Assembly (NCBI GenBank): GCA_001643675.2
Contig: LSRY02000029.1
Coordinates: 310,001 to 374,000 of the forward strand
Source of the DNA: Monocercomonoides exilis PA203
Taxonomy: Eukaryota; Protista; Preaxostyla
Length of the DNA stretch: 64,000 nt
Direction of reading: 5' to 3'
This document shows, one piece after another, positions 1 to 11,149 of this stretch. The notes beneath the pieces were generated by a model. That model worked only from the letters and a program-made list of their open reading frames with translations, did not search any database and was not told the origin of the DNA. The position numbers and the translations under genes are program-made. The stretch's first letter is position 1; each line of letters begins with the position of its first letter.

Positions 1-460
1 TTCCATGACGAATATCAGAAGCACTAATCGATTGATGTGAAATCTCGAGACCAACATCCACATTCAACGAATTCCGAGTTCCAGTTCCGATACCCCAACT
101 TCCTATTAATTTCAATGACTGGGGGCGCTTGAAATTAAGTCTAGTATTTTCATTAAGCAAGGGAAGAGATATGAAATTATGAGTAGATATCGTCACCTTT
201 AAATCATAGATATTAATATTATGATATAATACATTAAAGAATAGAAATAAAAAGAACAGCGTCCAACCAATAAAATTTAAATATAGCACGATAAAACAAT
301 AAAAGCTGAACGAAACCTCTTTTTCATTCATGGAAGCAAAGCACATTTGCAACTTTCTAAGATTTTCTTTCATTTCTTCTGTTGGCTCAGATGGAGAGAC
401 TTGCGTCAAAAGAAGTGATAACTCTTGATTGAACACTTTTGTTTCATGAGTTAAAGCCAT
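1..460 (-). CDS. NOL6: Utp22/NOL6 (Nrap) nucleolar protein, 5' part (runs off the window start); exons 460-317 and 196-<1
   Basis: Hand translation, not in the ORF track. ATG at 460 gives MALTHETKVFNQELSLLLTQV...MNEKE, followed by a phase-0 GT-AG intron (316-197) and VTISTHNF...LNFKRPQSLKLIGSWGIGTGTRNSLNVDVGLEISHQSISASDIRHG. This matches the Nrap N-terminal nucleotidyltransferase-like motif F.pP..v.vvGS..lgT......vDv as recalled from NOL6. Confidence 0.8.
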   Translation of the reverse strand, partial: MALTHETKVFNQELSLLLTQVSPSEPTEEMKENLRKLQMCFASMNEKEVSFSFYCFIVLYLNFIGWTLFFLFLFFNVLYHNINIYDLKVTISTHNFISLPLLNENTRLNFKRPQSLKLIGSWGIGTGTRNSLNVDVGLEISHQSISASDIRHG

Positions 461-522
461 TTTGTATTTAGATCAAAACCACAGTAAAAAGTTCAAAATA
501 AAATGTTATAGTCAAGGATCAG
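461..522. promoter_or_regulatory. Very short divergent intergenic region (putative bidirectional promoter) between NOL6 and VPS16
   Basis: 62 bp between the ATG at 460 (-) and the ATG at 523 (+). Confidence 0.55.
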
Positions 523-3500
523 ATGGATAGCTTTACAACAGATTTTCAGCTTGATCGTTACCAATTTCAGCAACGCGGTCCCACTCCTGTACACTACACA
601 TCAAAAGATCCAGCTGAGTACGAAGTAAAAAGTTGTCCTGCTGCAGGATGCTACACTGTTCGAAAAGCATGGACAATGTTTGACCCAGAACTCCCACATA
701 CATTGAAAACTTTCACTGGATCGGGGCAACGAATTGGAAAAATTACGACTCGTGGAACTGTTTGCACCTATTGGATTTTTAAAATTTGGATGATAATTAT
801 ATTTTTCTTAACAATAATTTAGTGGTCAAAACTTATCCAGTATGGATGGACAGAAGATGAAAAATTGATTGTCATATTCACGTTTGCATTACAAATTAAA
901 TCTCAATTAAATCCATTTGTTATTCACAATATTTTTGAAGGGATGGAACAATTCATGTTTATGATGCTTGCTGCAATATAATTCGCGAAGTTACAACGAC
1001 ATGGGTTTGCTTCATTTTTTAGGCAATGTTCGAATATTTTATGTTTAATGCAGATGTTTTCACAAGATAAAAAAGAGGAAGAGGTTGAACTTCCTGGATT
1101 GCCTCAGATTATTCTTGGAGGTGCAGATGGAGAAGAAGTTAGAATTTTTTTTGTTTTCCAAAAATTAAAATTGCATTTCTTTGTTCAGTATGTAGTGGCA
1201 GCGGAGGTTTTTTCGCATGGGGTGATTTTGCTTTCAAATTTGGGAGGTATTTATGTTGCAGAAAATTTGGAAGGTTATGGTACACCTATAATGAGAGGAA
1301 AATACGGTATGTACTTCCTTTATTTTTTTTTAGTGTTAACGGAACATTTCAATTGCTTTTAGACAATCCTGATAATTGGTCAAGTTTGTTTGTCACAGAC
1401 GGAGATGATGCTCAAGAAACTGTTGTACTTTTTGTTGGAGGAAACGACGGCTCAATTGTGATGTACAGTTTTCTTAGCAACAACGCTGATGAAGGAAAAA
1501 AAGAAATTATTGTTTGCAAAATTATTTTACTCAGTTTTTTTTAAATGAACAAAAATGCTATGAAACTGAAAACGAAATAACAAAAATTCTTTTCTTTTCT
1601 TTTCTTTTCTTTTCTTTTCTTTTCTTTTCTTTTCTTTTCTTTTCTTTTCTTTAACTTTTCTTTTCAACAATGTCAGACATTCACTCGAAGCAGCGGCACA
1701 CCTCTTGGAGCAGTGAAGAACATTGCGCTTTCTTCTGACAAAAAAATGTGCGCTGTTCAATTTGATGATGGATCAATTGTATGGAATCTCTTTTTTTTTC
1801 TTTTTGAATATTTATTTTTTATTTATTTAAATTTTTGTTTTGATTATAAATGACTTTTTAACTTTCTTTCAACGCATTACTTCAAACTGCCTATTTGAAA
1901 CATTCACTTTGATTCTTCATCTTAATTTCGTCTTTATAAATTAAATAATTCTCATTTAATAATTATAATAATTGTTATTATTATACCAATAATTTCCACC
2001 ACAATTCCCAGCGTATTTTCTACACCGAAGCCTTCTCAGCAACTGGCCGTCCTCCTTTTTCAATTGTATTGGAGATGGAAAGCGAGCGGCCTGCAGACGC
2101 GCTTGTGTGGTGCTGCAACGAAACACTCTGTTTGCTCTACAAAAACGGAGTGGACGGAGAAAGCAGCGCTTGCATCATCATCACGACGCCTGCGGGGAGA
2201 ACATACAGGTTTGGTCTTCTTTTTGTGTGGTTGTGTTTTTCGTATGTGTGTATTAATTTTGTTTGTTTTGTTTATATTATTTATTGTAATATTCCTGTGC
2301 AATATCTTTTCATCCTACCTTTTATTTCTTCTCTCTTTAATCCCTCCATCCCCCTCTCCCAATTCCAAATCTCTTATTCCCTCTTCCCCTCTTCCTCTCT
2401 TCCCCTTTCTTCCCCCAGCCGCCTTTTCGAATGCGTGCTTGGAATCTCCCAAGAAATAGATGGCGTTCGAGTCTTTTGTGACGAAGGCGTCTTGTTCATT
2501 GGCCTTGTCCCGGGCCCTCTCCAGTCTGTTTTCATGGCCACAACACACTCCCCCGCGGCTGTCCTGCTGAAGGCGTCGAACGAGATGATGGACGAGAAAG
2601 AGGACGCCTCTCTTTCTTTGCGGTCGATCGAGGGGGAACTGGCATTGGCGTGCGATGTCTGCATCAGAGCAGCGGTGAATGCGGTGGACTCGCCAACACA
2701 GTATCAGTTGTTGAAGGTTTGTATATTATACACATTTTTCTTTTTTTTCTTCTATTCTTTCTTTTATTTTATATTTCTTTCTTTTATGAACTTATTTTTT
2801 ATTTGGACTTGTACTTCTATTTGCTTGCCTGATTAATGTTCTTTGTTTTTCACTTTAATGGAATTTATAAAATTAAAAAAAAAATAACTTGCTCTTCTCT
2901 TCTTCCTTCCTCCCTTCCTTCCTCCCTTCTCTACCAGGCTGCCTCTTTAGGCCTCCGCTATCTTCCCCCTTCTATCGTCTCCAGCCTTCCCCCCGGTTTC
3001 GGCGGGTACCGTCGTTTTCCCCTGCGCTGTGCCCTGAGAGAGATCAGGCTGATGAACTCGCTCCGAAGCGAGCCGGCAAACATGCCTGTGACAGCTGTGC
3101 AATTTCGCCATGTGTCGCTGAGCGTGCTAGTGAAGAGGCTCTGCAGCCGGAGGCAGTTTTATGCGGCGCTGCAGCTGGCGACGCTGGGAAACCTGCCGCT
3201 GGATAACATCGTGGAGAGCTGGGCGGCGGTGAAGGTGTGTGGTGAATGAAGGAGTGAATAAGAGAGTGAGTGAGTGAAAGTGTGTGTATAGAATGAATGA
3301 ATGAATGAATGAATGAAGGGAGGGAGGGAGGGAGGAAGAGAGGAAGAGAGGAAGAGAAATGATGTTTGAATGATTGGATGCTTTTGTGATTGAAGTTAAC
3401 GTTTTCTTTGTAACTGTGTATCTTTTCCCTCCTCTTTTTCTTATCTGTTAATGGAGCTTTTTAAAGTGAGAGAATTTTTGAATGAATGTGTTGCAAAGTG

Positions 3501-5973
3501 AAACAACTTTTCTTTCCGATGTATTATTCCAATATGATAACATTCTGCTAATTTGATTTCTTTCTTTTTTTTCTTTCTTTTTTCTTTTCTTTTTTCTTTT
3601 CTTTTTTCTTTTCTTTTTTTCTTTTCTTTTCTTCTTTTTTCCCCCCTTTCAGTTGGAGACAAACCGAGATCCAATACAAACAGACTCGTTGTGTTCAACA
3701 GTGATTCGAATGGTGAAGAAGTATGCACCAAATGCGCAGATGCTGTCTGTTGTGGAGAAAATGATTGTGCTTGGCAGGATGGATGTGGTTGAACAGGTTA
3801 GAATTTCTTTATCTTTCTCTCTCTCTCTCTCTTTTCTATTTCTTTTTTCAATTTCTTTTTCTTTTCTTTTTCTTTTTATTCCTTTTGCTCTTTTTAATGA
3901 CATGTTTTTTGATTGGATTTTGCTTCTATTGCAACATTCTTGTTATTGGTTGTTTTATTTACAATAACATCCATTTTTTTATTCTGAATTTATGTTATTT
4001 TCGTATTTCGAAATGAAAATGCTCATTTTATACCTCTTAACTTTCTAACAAATTATTTATTTCCCCTTGCATTTAACAACACAAACAACTTATCTGTTTA
4101 TTTTTAGCTTGTCAATGCACTTCATCCTTCTCCTGCTCTTGTCCAACTGCTAACAGACAACGAGTTGTTCGAACTTGCTCTGAGAAGAGCCATAAATTGC
4201 TCTGCAATTGAAGCAAGTTTGTTACTTCTCTTTCACATTTTCCCCCCAGTTACAGAAATGAATTTTGCATTTAATCTGAAATTTCGTTGTTTTTTTTTTT
4301 TCTTCTTCATTGTTTCGTTTTCTTCTTCCATTCCGTTTTTTTCTTCATTTTATATTCATTCTTTCAATAAACACTTTTTCCTTTTCACTTCTCTCTCTCT
4401 TTCTCTCTCTCTTCCCTCTCATTCTCTCTCATTCTCTCTCTTTTTCTCTATTTCTTTTTCTTTCTTTCTTTCTTTCTTTCTCAATGCAACCTCAACCCCA
4501 CCCCTCTTCCCATCCTCAGTCCAACAGATCATCTCCATCCTCGCCCACACTGTCCTCTCTGTCTGCCGCTCTGAATCTGCCTCACTCGACCCGGAAGAAC
4601 TCGAAAGCAGCCCTCCTTCTGCTTTAAACGGCTTCATCCGCCTTGTCCATTCGTTTCTCAGCTGCGAGCCGCTGTTTGTGTCAACGTTGATGAGCGCTTC
4701 CACACCAGCGTTTCTGATTACTATCAGTGCGGATGCGTTCAATGATGTGATGCCGAATATAAGGGCGGTGGCGAATATCAATGGGGCAGCGAAGAAGTTG
4801 GTTTGTGAGAAATTATTTTTTTCTTTTTTCTTTTTTTGTTTTATTTTGTTTTCTTTCTGTTTTATTAATAAATTAATTTATTTATTTTCTCATTTTTCTC
4901 TAATCTTATCTTTTCTTCTTTCTTTCATTTTTATTTTTTTGCCTTATTCATATTAACATTCATTGGTTCTTTGCGTGCTTTTGCGCATTTTCATTAACAA
5001 CAATGAAAATTGAATGAAACTACCATTTTTTCCCTTTAGACAAAAGACGGATATTCCAGACTGATTGAACGCTCGAGAGATGCTTTTCGCGAAGTCAGTC
5101 CATTTTTCTCTTATGTATGAAGTTTTAAACAGAATTGTCCTTAATATTTATTTATTTATTTATTTATTTATATTCTCTTTTATTTCAACAAACATAAACT
5201 TTCAACCTATTTTATTTTTAACAATCAACACAGAAAATCGGTGAGTCTTTGGATCTTCTCGATGCCCAGGCAATGCTGGATGAGCGATATCGAGACGATT
5301 TTTCGTCCATTCACGGACTGACTGAAATTCTGACTGAATCGAAATATGCTCCGATATTTCCTGTTGACACAGAAAAAGGCGACAGGCCAGGAGGTTTGAG
5401 GGAGGAAGGGTGGAAAGAAAAAAGTGATTGAAATTGGTGGGAGAACTAATGGAATTTATTTATATTTTTATTTGTTTATAGATTTATCTACAGCGCGTTT
5501 GATGAACATTATTTTCTTCATTGATAAAATTCTTATTTTTTGTTTTTGCTTCTGCAAAATAATTTTTTTTTGAATGCTTATTTGGTCTCTCTCTTTAACC
5601 CAATCACATGTCAAATGAATATTCCCCCACCACCTGCTTTGTTTTATTAAAGTCTTCTATGGCTTGTCAGTAAACGAGACGCTAGAGCTCTTACTTCTTC
5701 TGGATGAAATTGATGTTGCAAAGGAATTCGCCTCTCTATTCAGTGCTGCGCAGCTGTTTGACTCGCTTTTCTTGCAGCGGTGCATTGTGAAAAATCAGTG
5801 GGATACTGTTGAGAAACATGTCAAAGAGTCGCGTATGAGGGCTGAGCTGGCTGTGCAGATGATCATGTCCTCGGGCCATCTGGACAAGGCCGTTCCGCTT
5901 GTGCCGCTGATAAGCAATGATATTCACAAGTACCACTATTACACGATAATCGGGAGGTTTGTAAAGAAAAAAT

Positions 5974-6009
<36 letters not shown>

Positions 6010-6262
6010 GTTTCATTAAAAGGAAAATTCGGAATTATTATTATTATTATTTTGTATATATATTTTATTCAAATTAAATTTTCCTCATTTAATACACAGG
6101 GCTATCTCAAAGATGAAACAAACAAATGCACTGTCCGAATCTGAGAAGCAATGCAAAGAAGCATTATTGAAAATGAAGACATCAGAAACGAAGATAATAC
6201 GTGAAATGTTTGAAGGGACTGTAGAAGAGCAGTGGCTCGAATCTGTTATTGCAGGAGAATGA
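523..6262 (+). CDS. VPS16: Vps16, class C core subunit of HOPS/CORVET; multi-exon
   Basis: N-terminus MDSFTTDF resembles Vps16 MDCYTANW. Spliced WSKLIQYGWTEDEKLIVIFTDGTIHVYD (introns 760-822 and ~882-940). ELALACDVCIRAAVNAVDSPTQYQLLK|AASLG and LREIRLMNSLRSEPANMPVTAVQF..LVKRLCSRRQFYAALQLA..IVESWAAVKV match conserved Vps16 blocks. TGA at 6260-6262. Some internal exon boundaries are approximate. Confidence 0.9.
1587..1652. repeat. (TTTTC)n microsatellite in a Vps16 intron
   Basis: Direct reading. Confidence 0.95.
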
Positions 6263-6462
6263 AAAATACAAAAAAATAATTATTTTTTATTTATTTGTTT
6301 TGTGTTTTTTTAAAACTTTTTTTTGTTGAAAGATAGAAATTAAAACAAATGATATATTCTGAAAAAAAAAAAGAAAGAGAAAGAAAAAAACTAAAGGACT
6401 TGCGTTTTTCGACATATGGGTACGATATGGGAATTTTCAAAATTCATTATAACTTATTTATT

Positions 6463-7424
6463 GGGTCAGTAATTTGTTACATCCACTTTTTTTATCGGTA
6501 CCTAAAATTTGTGGTTCTCCAGAGCACTTTTCGAAAAAAATAAATAATAGAAAACTTCAAAGACATAATAATAAGTTATTCCTGTAGATATTTTTTCGTT
6601 TTTAATTTTTTGTGAAGAGATCTGGTGTTTTTTGTTTTATTTTTCTGATCAAAGACTTGCTCATATTTTCACGAGCTTTTTGTTTTGAGATTTTTGAGTG
6701 TTGTTATTGTTATTGAACATAACTTCTTTATAATTTTGGTTATTTTTTGTATTTTAACTCTTCGTTTTTTATTATTTTTTCCATTTCACTAAATATCAAC
6801 AAATCAAAGAATTCACGTGTTCAAACGAGATATTTCATTATTCTTGAAGTTTAAATATGAAAACTGTTAACATATAAAGATATTCAAAAAGATGAAAATC
6901 CTTAATTTTTTATGATCGTAATTTTTTTGCATTAATTCTTGTTTTTTTGTTTTTTTGTTTCATTTCTTTCAAATCACATTATTTTATTTCAAAATTTTGG
7001 TGATGCACATATAAATATGTTTTATAACTATGTTTCAACTAATAAAAACATTACAACTCAAATCAAAAAATAAAATCTTCAATTTATCGTAATAAAGTGA
7101 CATGGAAAAAATAATAAAAAACGAAGAGTTAAAATACAAAAAATAACCAAAATTATAAAGAAGTTATGTTCAATAACAATAACAACACTCAAAAATCTCA
7201 AAACAAAAAGCTCGTGAAAATATGAGCAAGTCTTTGATCAGAAAAATAAAACAAAAAAAGCAAGATCTCTTCACAAAAAATTAAAAACGAAAAAATATCT
7301 ACAGGAATAACTTATTATTATGTCTTTGAAGTTTTCTATTATTTATTTTTTTCGAAAAGTGCTCTGGAGAACCACAAATTTTAGGTACCGATTATTTTTT
7401 GGTATACCGATAAATTATTGACAC
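6463..7424. mobile_element. Non-autonomous foldback/MITE-like element with 297-bp inverted arms (6494-6790 and 7096-7392) and a ~305-bp spacer
   Basis: The arms are reverse complements with only about 4 mismatches seen. A degenerate outer extension (gggtcagtaatttg at 6463 versus taaattattgacac ending at 7424) is present. No coding capacity and no convincing TSD. Confidence 0.85.
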
Positions 7425-7833
7425 TTTATCCTTCAAATGATTATTAATCATCATTATTCATGATAAAACAGTCAAAACAGGATATAATCACATCTTTTGT
7501 AATCAACATCGTTTTATGTCTAATTTTTCGATGTGTTTATATTTTTGGACTAAATTTCATTCATTTTTCGTCGAAAATAATTACAGGGCTAAATATTAAA
7601 AATCACTTTTTGTTTGTCATGGATTCATTACTTTTCAAAAACAACTTTCTGATAAAAAATTTCAATTTCTGATTTTTCCAAATTATGTTCAAATAAGTGT
7701 GAATAACATTATAAAACAAGGAAATATGTTATTTCTATTAATAAATGTGTTTTTGTGAAGAATTTCCAAAAATGGAAAAATTGACCCAAAAATTATGTTT
7801 TTATAAATTTGAAGTTTGGTGCAAAACCCGCAA

Positions 7834-7913
7834 ACTTGACATTATTCTTCGAAGAACTCGTCTTCATTCACAAACATGAATGAAGACGAGTACTTCGAAG
7901 AAAAATGTCAAGT
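7834..7913. repeat. Near-perfect hairpin: 37-bp stem (2 mismatches), 6-nt loop CAAACA, weaker extension to ~7803-7943
   Basis: acttgacattattcttcgaagaactcgtcttcattca / tgaatgaagacgagtacttcgaagaaaaatgtcaagt. Confidence 0.9.
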
Positions 7914-8063
7914 GCGCAGGTTTTTGTAGATGTTCGGGTTTATGCACACACTATTATTTTTTTTATTTTTCTGTTTAAAGTCACATCGTTTGTAATCATA
8001 ATCGGATATTATCACAAAAAGACGTTCAAAAACCGATGTGATTATTCCCGATTCAGATAGTGA

Positions 8064-9170
8064 TCATCGAAAATGTATGTGGTTTATTTTAAAAAAAAGC
8101 CTTTCATTTTCTGATATTTTTTCTTCTTCTGTCTCGAGCCCTGACAATTCTTCCTCAGTTTCTTCATCTCCCAAAATATAATCAATTTGAGAAATATCTG
8201 AATCTTCATCTTCGACTTCCTCTTCATCAAGATCTTTTGCTGGCTTTTTCACTGCTTTTTCCTTCACAATAGTTGGTGAAATATCTTGGAATATATTTAT
8301 CAATGAAGTTTCAACCAGAAACATTGCCAAATGATCTGCAATCAAAGATTTTATCACTTCACGCTGAGAGAATTATTTGCGCAATGTTCCACACAAGCCC
8401 TCTATCGTATTGGTGAATGCACCTGAAACATAATCAACAAAATTTCTTTTATGGCAACAGTTTCATGAATGTAATCGTATTAATCCAAAGTGGAGTATGC
8501 TTTTCACTCGTTGCTCATAATTGTTGATCGGAGCCGGATTGTTTCTAAAACGATAGGAATAAAAGTTTCCCTCTTTCCGTTAGGCACAACTTTCGCAAAA
8601 CGAGAACCAGCTCCCCCTCCCTCCAACCTCTAAACCACACCAAATATCCAAATTTGTTCCTTTCTTATATTTTCTAATATTTTCTTCTCCTCCACACACT
8701 CTCATCTATTTCAGCCACTTTCCCTTTTCCTCCTATTGGGTTTTGATGTGAATTCCAAATTTCCATTCAGGAAACTCTGACGATGCTGAACCCAAACACG
8801 ACTGTTTTCCAATCCACTCTCAGCATTTTCGAAATGAACTTTATATTTGCACCTTCCCAATACCACGAAATGATTCTTAAAACCTTCCCCAATCCTAATT
8901 TATTCCCAGAGAAAATTGTTTCATCATATACAGACCTCTTTCTATTGCATTTTGAACAGTACCTATATCTGTAAAACTTTTCACATTTAAGAATAATCAT
9001 GTTTTCTTCTTCAACAAATACTAATTTTGGCTTCTTTTTTCAAACATCTGCGAAAACCCACCTCCAAGCTCCTTCATCATCTTTCAAAACAATATCCAGC
9101 TGAAATGGCTTGATATCAAAAAATCCTGCATTGTTATTTCAAATGTCAATATTGACCACAACATATTGCA
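8064..9170 (-). pseudogene. Merlin / IS1595(ISXO2)-like DDE transposase pseudogene
   Basis: CSKCNRKRSVYDETIFSGNKLGL (Zn-ribbon-like), then IGGKGKVAEIDESVWRRRKY*, QIWIFGVV*, TIMSNE*KAYSTL and FVDYVSGAFTNTIEGLCGTLRK, which are the characteristic ISXO2/Merlin motifs. Several stops and frameshifts, and an acidic C-terminal tail. The 5' limit is approximate. Confidence 0.9.
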
Positions 9171-11149
9171 ACTTGAAAATGACCTTTTTCTTGAAAATAA
9201 TGAAATAACAAACTATGGATTTCCGATGATTTGTTTTACAAATGATGATTATTTGTTATCATTTTGAGGACAAATATTTATATTTTAATAATTTCTGAAA
9301 ACTCCCATATTATTCCCATACACACATGATAATTATTATCTTGTTCAATTTTTGTTCGTAAATGATGAATTTCAATTATCGATTTCCATAATACAACCTT
9401 TACAAAAGTCCAGTATTTTGTTTGAATTATTTCCAGCAACTGTATTATTTTTTTCTTATGCATTCAGTTCAATGCAATCCAAAACTCATTATCTCATTAA
9501 AAACAAAGAAAAATTCTTCAGCCTTTCTTTTTATTCACAAATTAAGTGAAATAATAAAGTTCCAAAAATGCAAATATTATTTTTATTTGAAAATTGCGTT
9601 TGATGAGAATAAAAAAGTTGAAATCTGACAGCAAACAATTCAGTTTTAGTTGAAGTTTTCTGTTTGCCCATGTTCATGGCAAGTTCAAAAAGAATTTTCG
9701 CGAAACGAAAGAAAAAGAAAACTTTTCGATGAAATATCATTTTGAAATAATTTTTTAGAAAAGGTGAAATCACAAAAGTCTAAGTTTGACAATCATCATT
9801 TTCAATTCCTTGCTTCATTTTTTTCTCCTTATCAAAAAATGAGGTTAAGACTCAAAATCTTTTTTTGAATCATTCGTTGGCATTCAATTGTGTTCGTAGT
9901 GAACTATTCTTCAATCGTCAATAACTTGAACACATTTCTGATTATCAACGTAAATAGTTTCTCGTTTTGAAAAGCGAAATGTTGAATATTATTTCTTAGT
10001 GGAAATAAATGAGATTTTGAATAATCGAACATATATTCAAATAAATGTGAATCCATCTCTTCTCAAAAAATTTGTTTCGAATGATATAATTCTTTTCATT
10101 GATAAAACATGTTGAAATGATTTTTAAAAAAGAGCAATAAAAATCAACTGATAATAACATCTTGCTTTTCAGATAAGAGGCATTTGTATATCAGAACCTC
10201 AACCAACTATTTCCTTTTCAATCGCCATCATAAATCTGTGAGCCTTGAAAGGGAAAGAAAAGAGGAAACAAACACATTTCTCAATCTCCTTCCCCTCCAA
10301 ACCCCAAAATCGATGAACACATCTTCAAGGTGATTAGAATTGATTTTAAACGAAAACATCAGAAATTAATAGAAAATGTTCAAAGAAAAACATTCATTCG
10401 AAACAATGCAATGACAAAAAAATCTCAGGACAGCAGCCAACATCACATCATCATCAAATTATGCTTTGACAAACAGTGCAGCATAAACTCGTCCTTATGA
10501 AAAACGAAAACGAAAACAAAAACAAAAAATTAACCTCCTCAATACAAATGTGAATTAAAAATCCATCTCAATCGAAACAAAGTTGCTGAGCATTCTTTTC
10601 TCCTCTCCAAGCCACATGCTGCCAATGCTTCAATTGAAAGCATACTCGCAGCTGTATGCCCATGAACTCATTCGAAAAACGTTGTTGTATGTATATAAAT
10701 ATAAATATAACAAAGAAGAAGAAGAAGAAAAATGTCTGAAGTAATCAACAAAAAATAAAGATTGCGAAACTCAAACATCTATGTAAGATATGTGCCTATT
10801 CAAAAAAAGACTATTTATCACACGCACTCCAACCTTCATTGAAGCACTTTTCAAACAAACAATAAAAAAGATGTGAAATTCTCAACAAATCAAACACACA
10901 AAAAAAACATATATAAACACTCAAAAATCACAAAAATCTGAAAAAACTTTAAATTAACGAAAAACAAAATACAATGTGAAAGCAAAAGCAATCAATGAAA
11001 ATATCTCTTTCATTTTTATATTTCTCAAATTCATTCCTACATAAATTAGGATCTGCAAACGCGCTTTTCATCTCAGTGCATTCTCATTCATCATTCTCAC
11101 ACCTTTTTCTCTTTGTTTTGTTCATTTCCCCTTTCATCTCACTTTTTTC

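Larger units (their letters stand above)
6411..9324 (-). mobile_element. Decayed Merlin-superfamily DNA transposon (putative limits)
   Basis: Imperfect ~38-bp inverted ends: tatgggtacgatatgggaattttcaaaattcattataa at 6415 versus the reverse complement tatgggaataatatgggagttttcagaaattattaaaa ending at 9320. They flank a Merlin transposase pseudogene. No TSD could be identified. Confidence 0.5.

Noticed and set aside
8064-9170. Bacterial IS1595 contamination or recent horizontal transfer
   Set aside because: It is embedded in eukaryotic sequence with host-like composition, and the sister element has a spliceosomal intron, consistent with resident Merlin elements.
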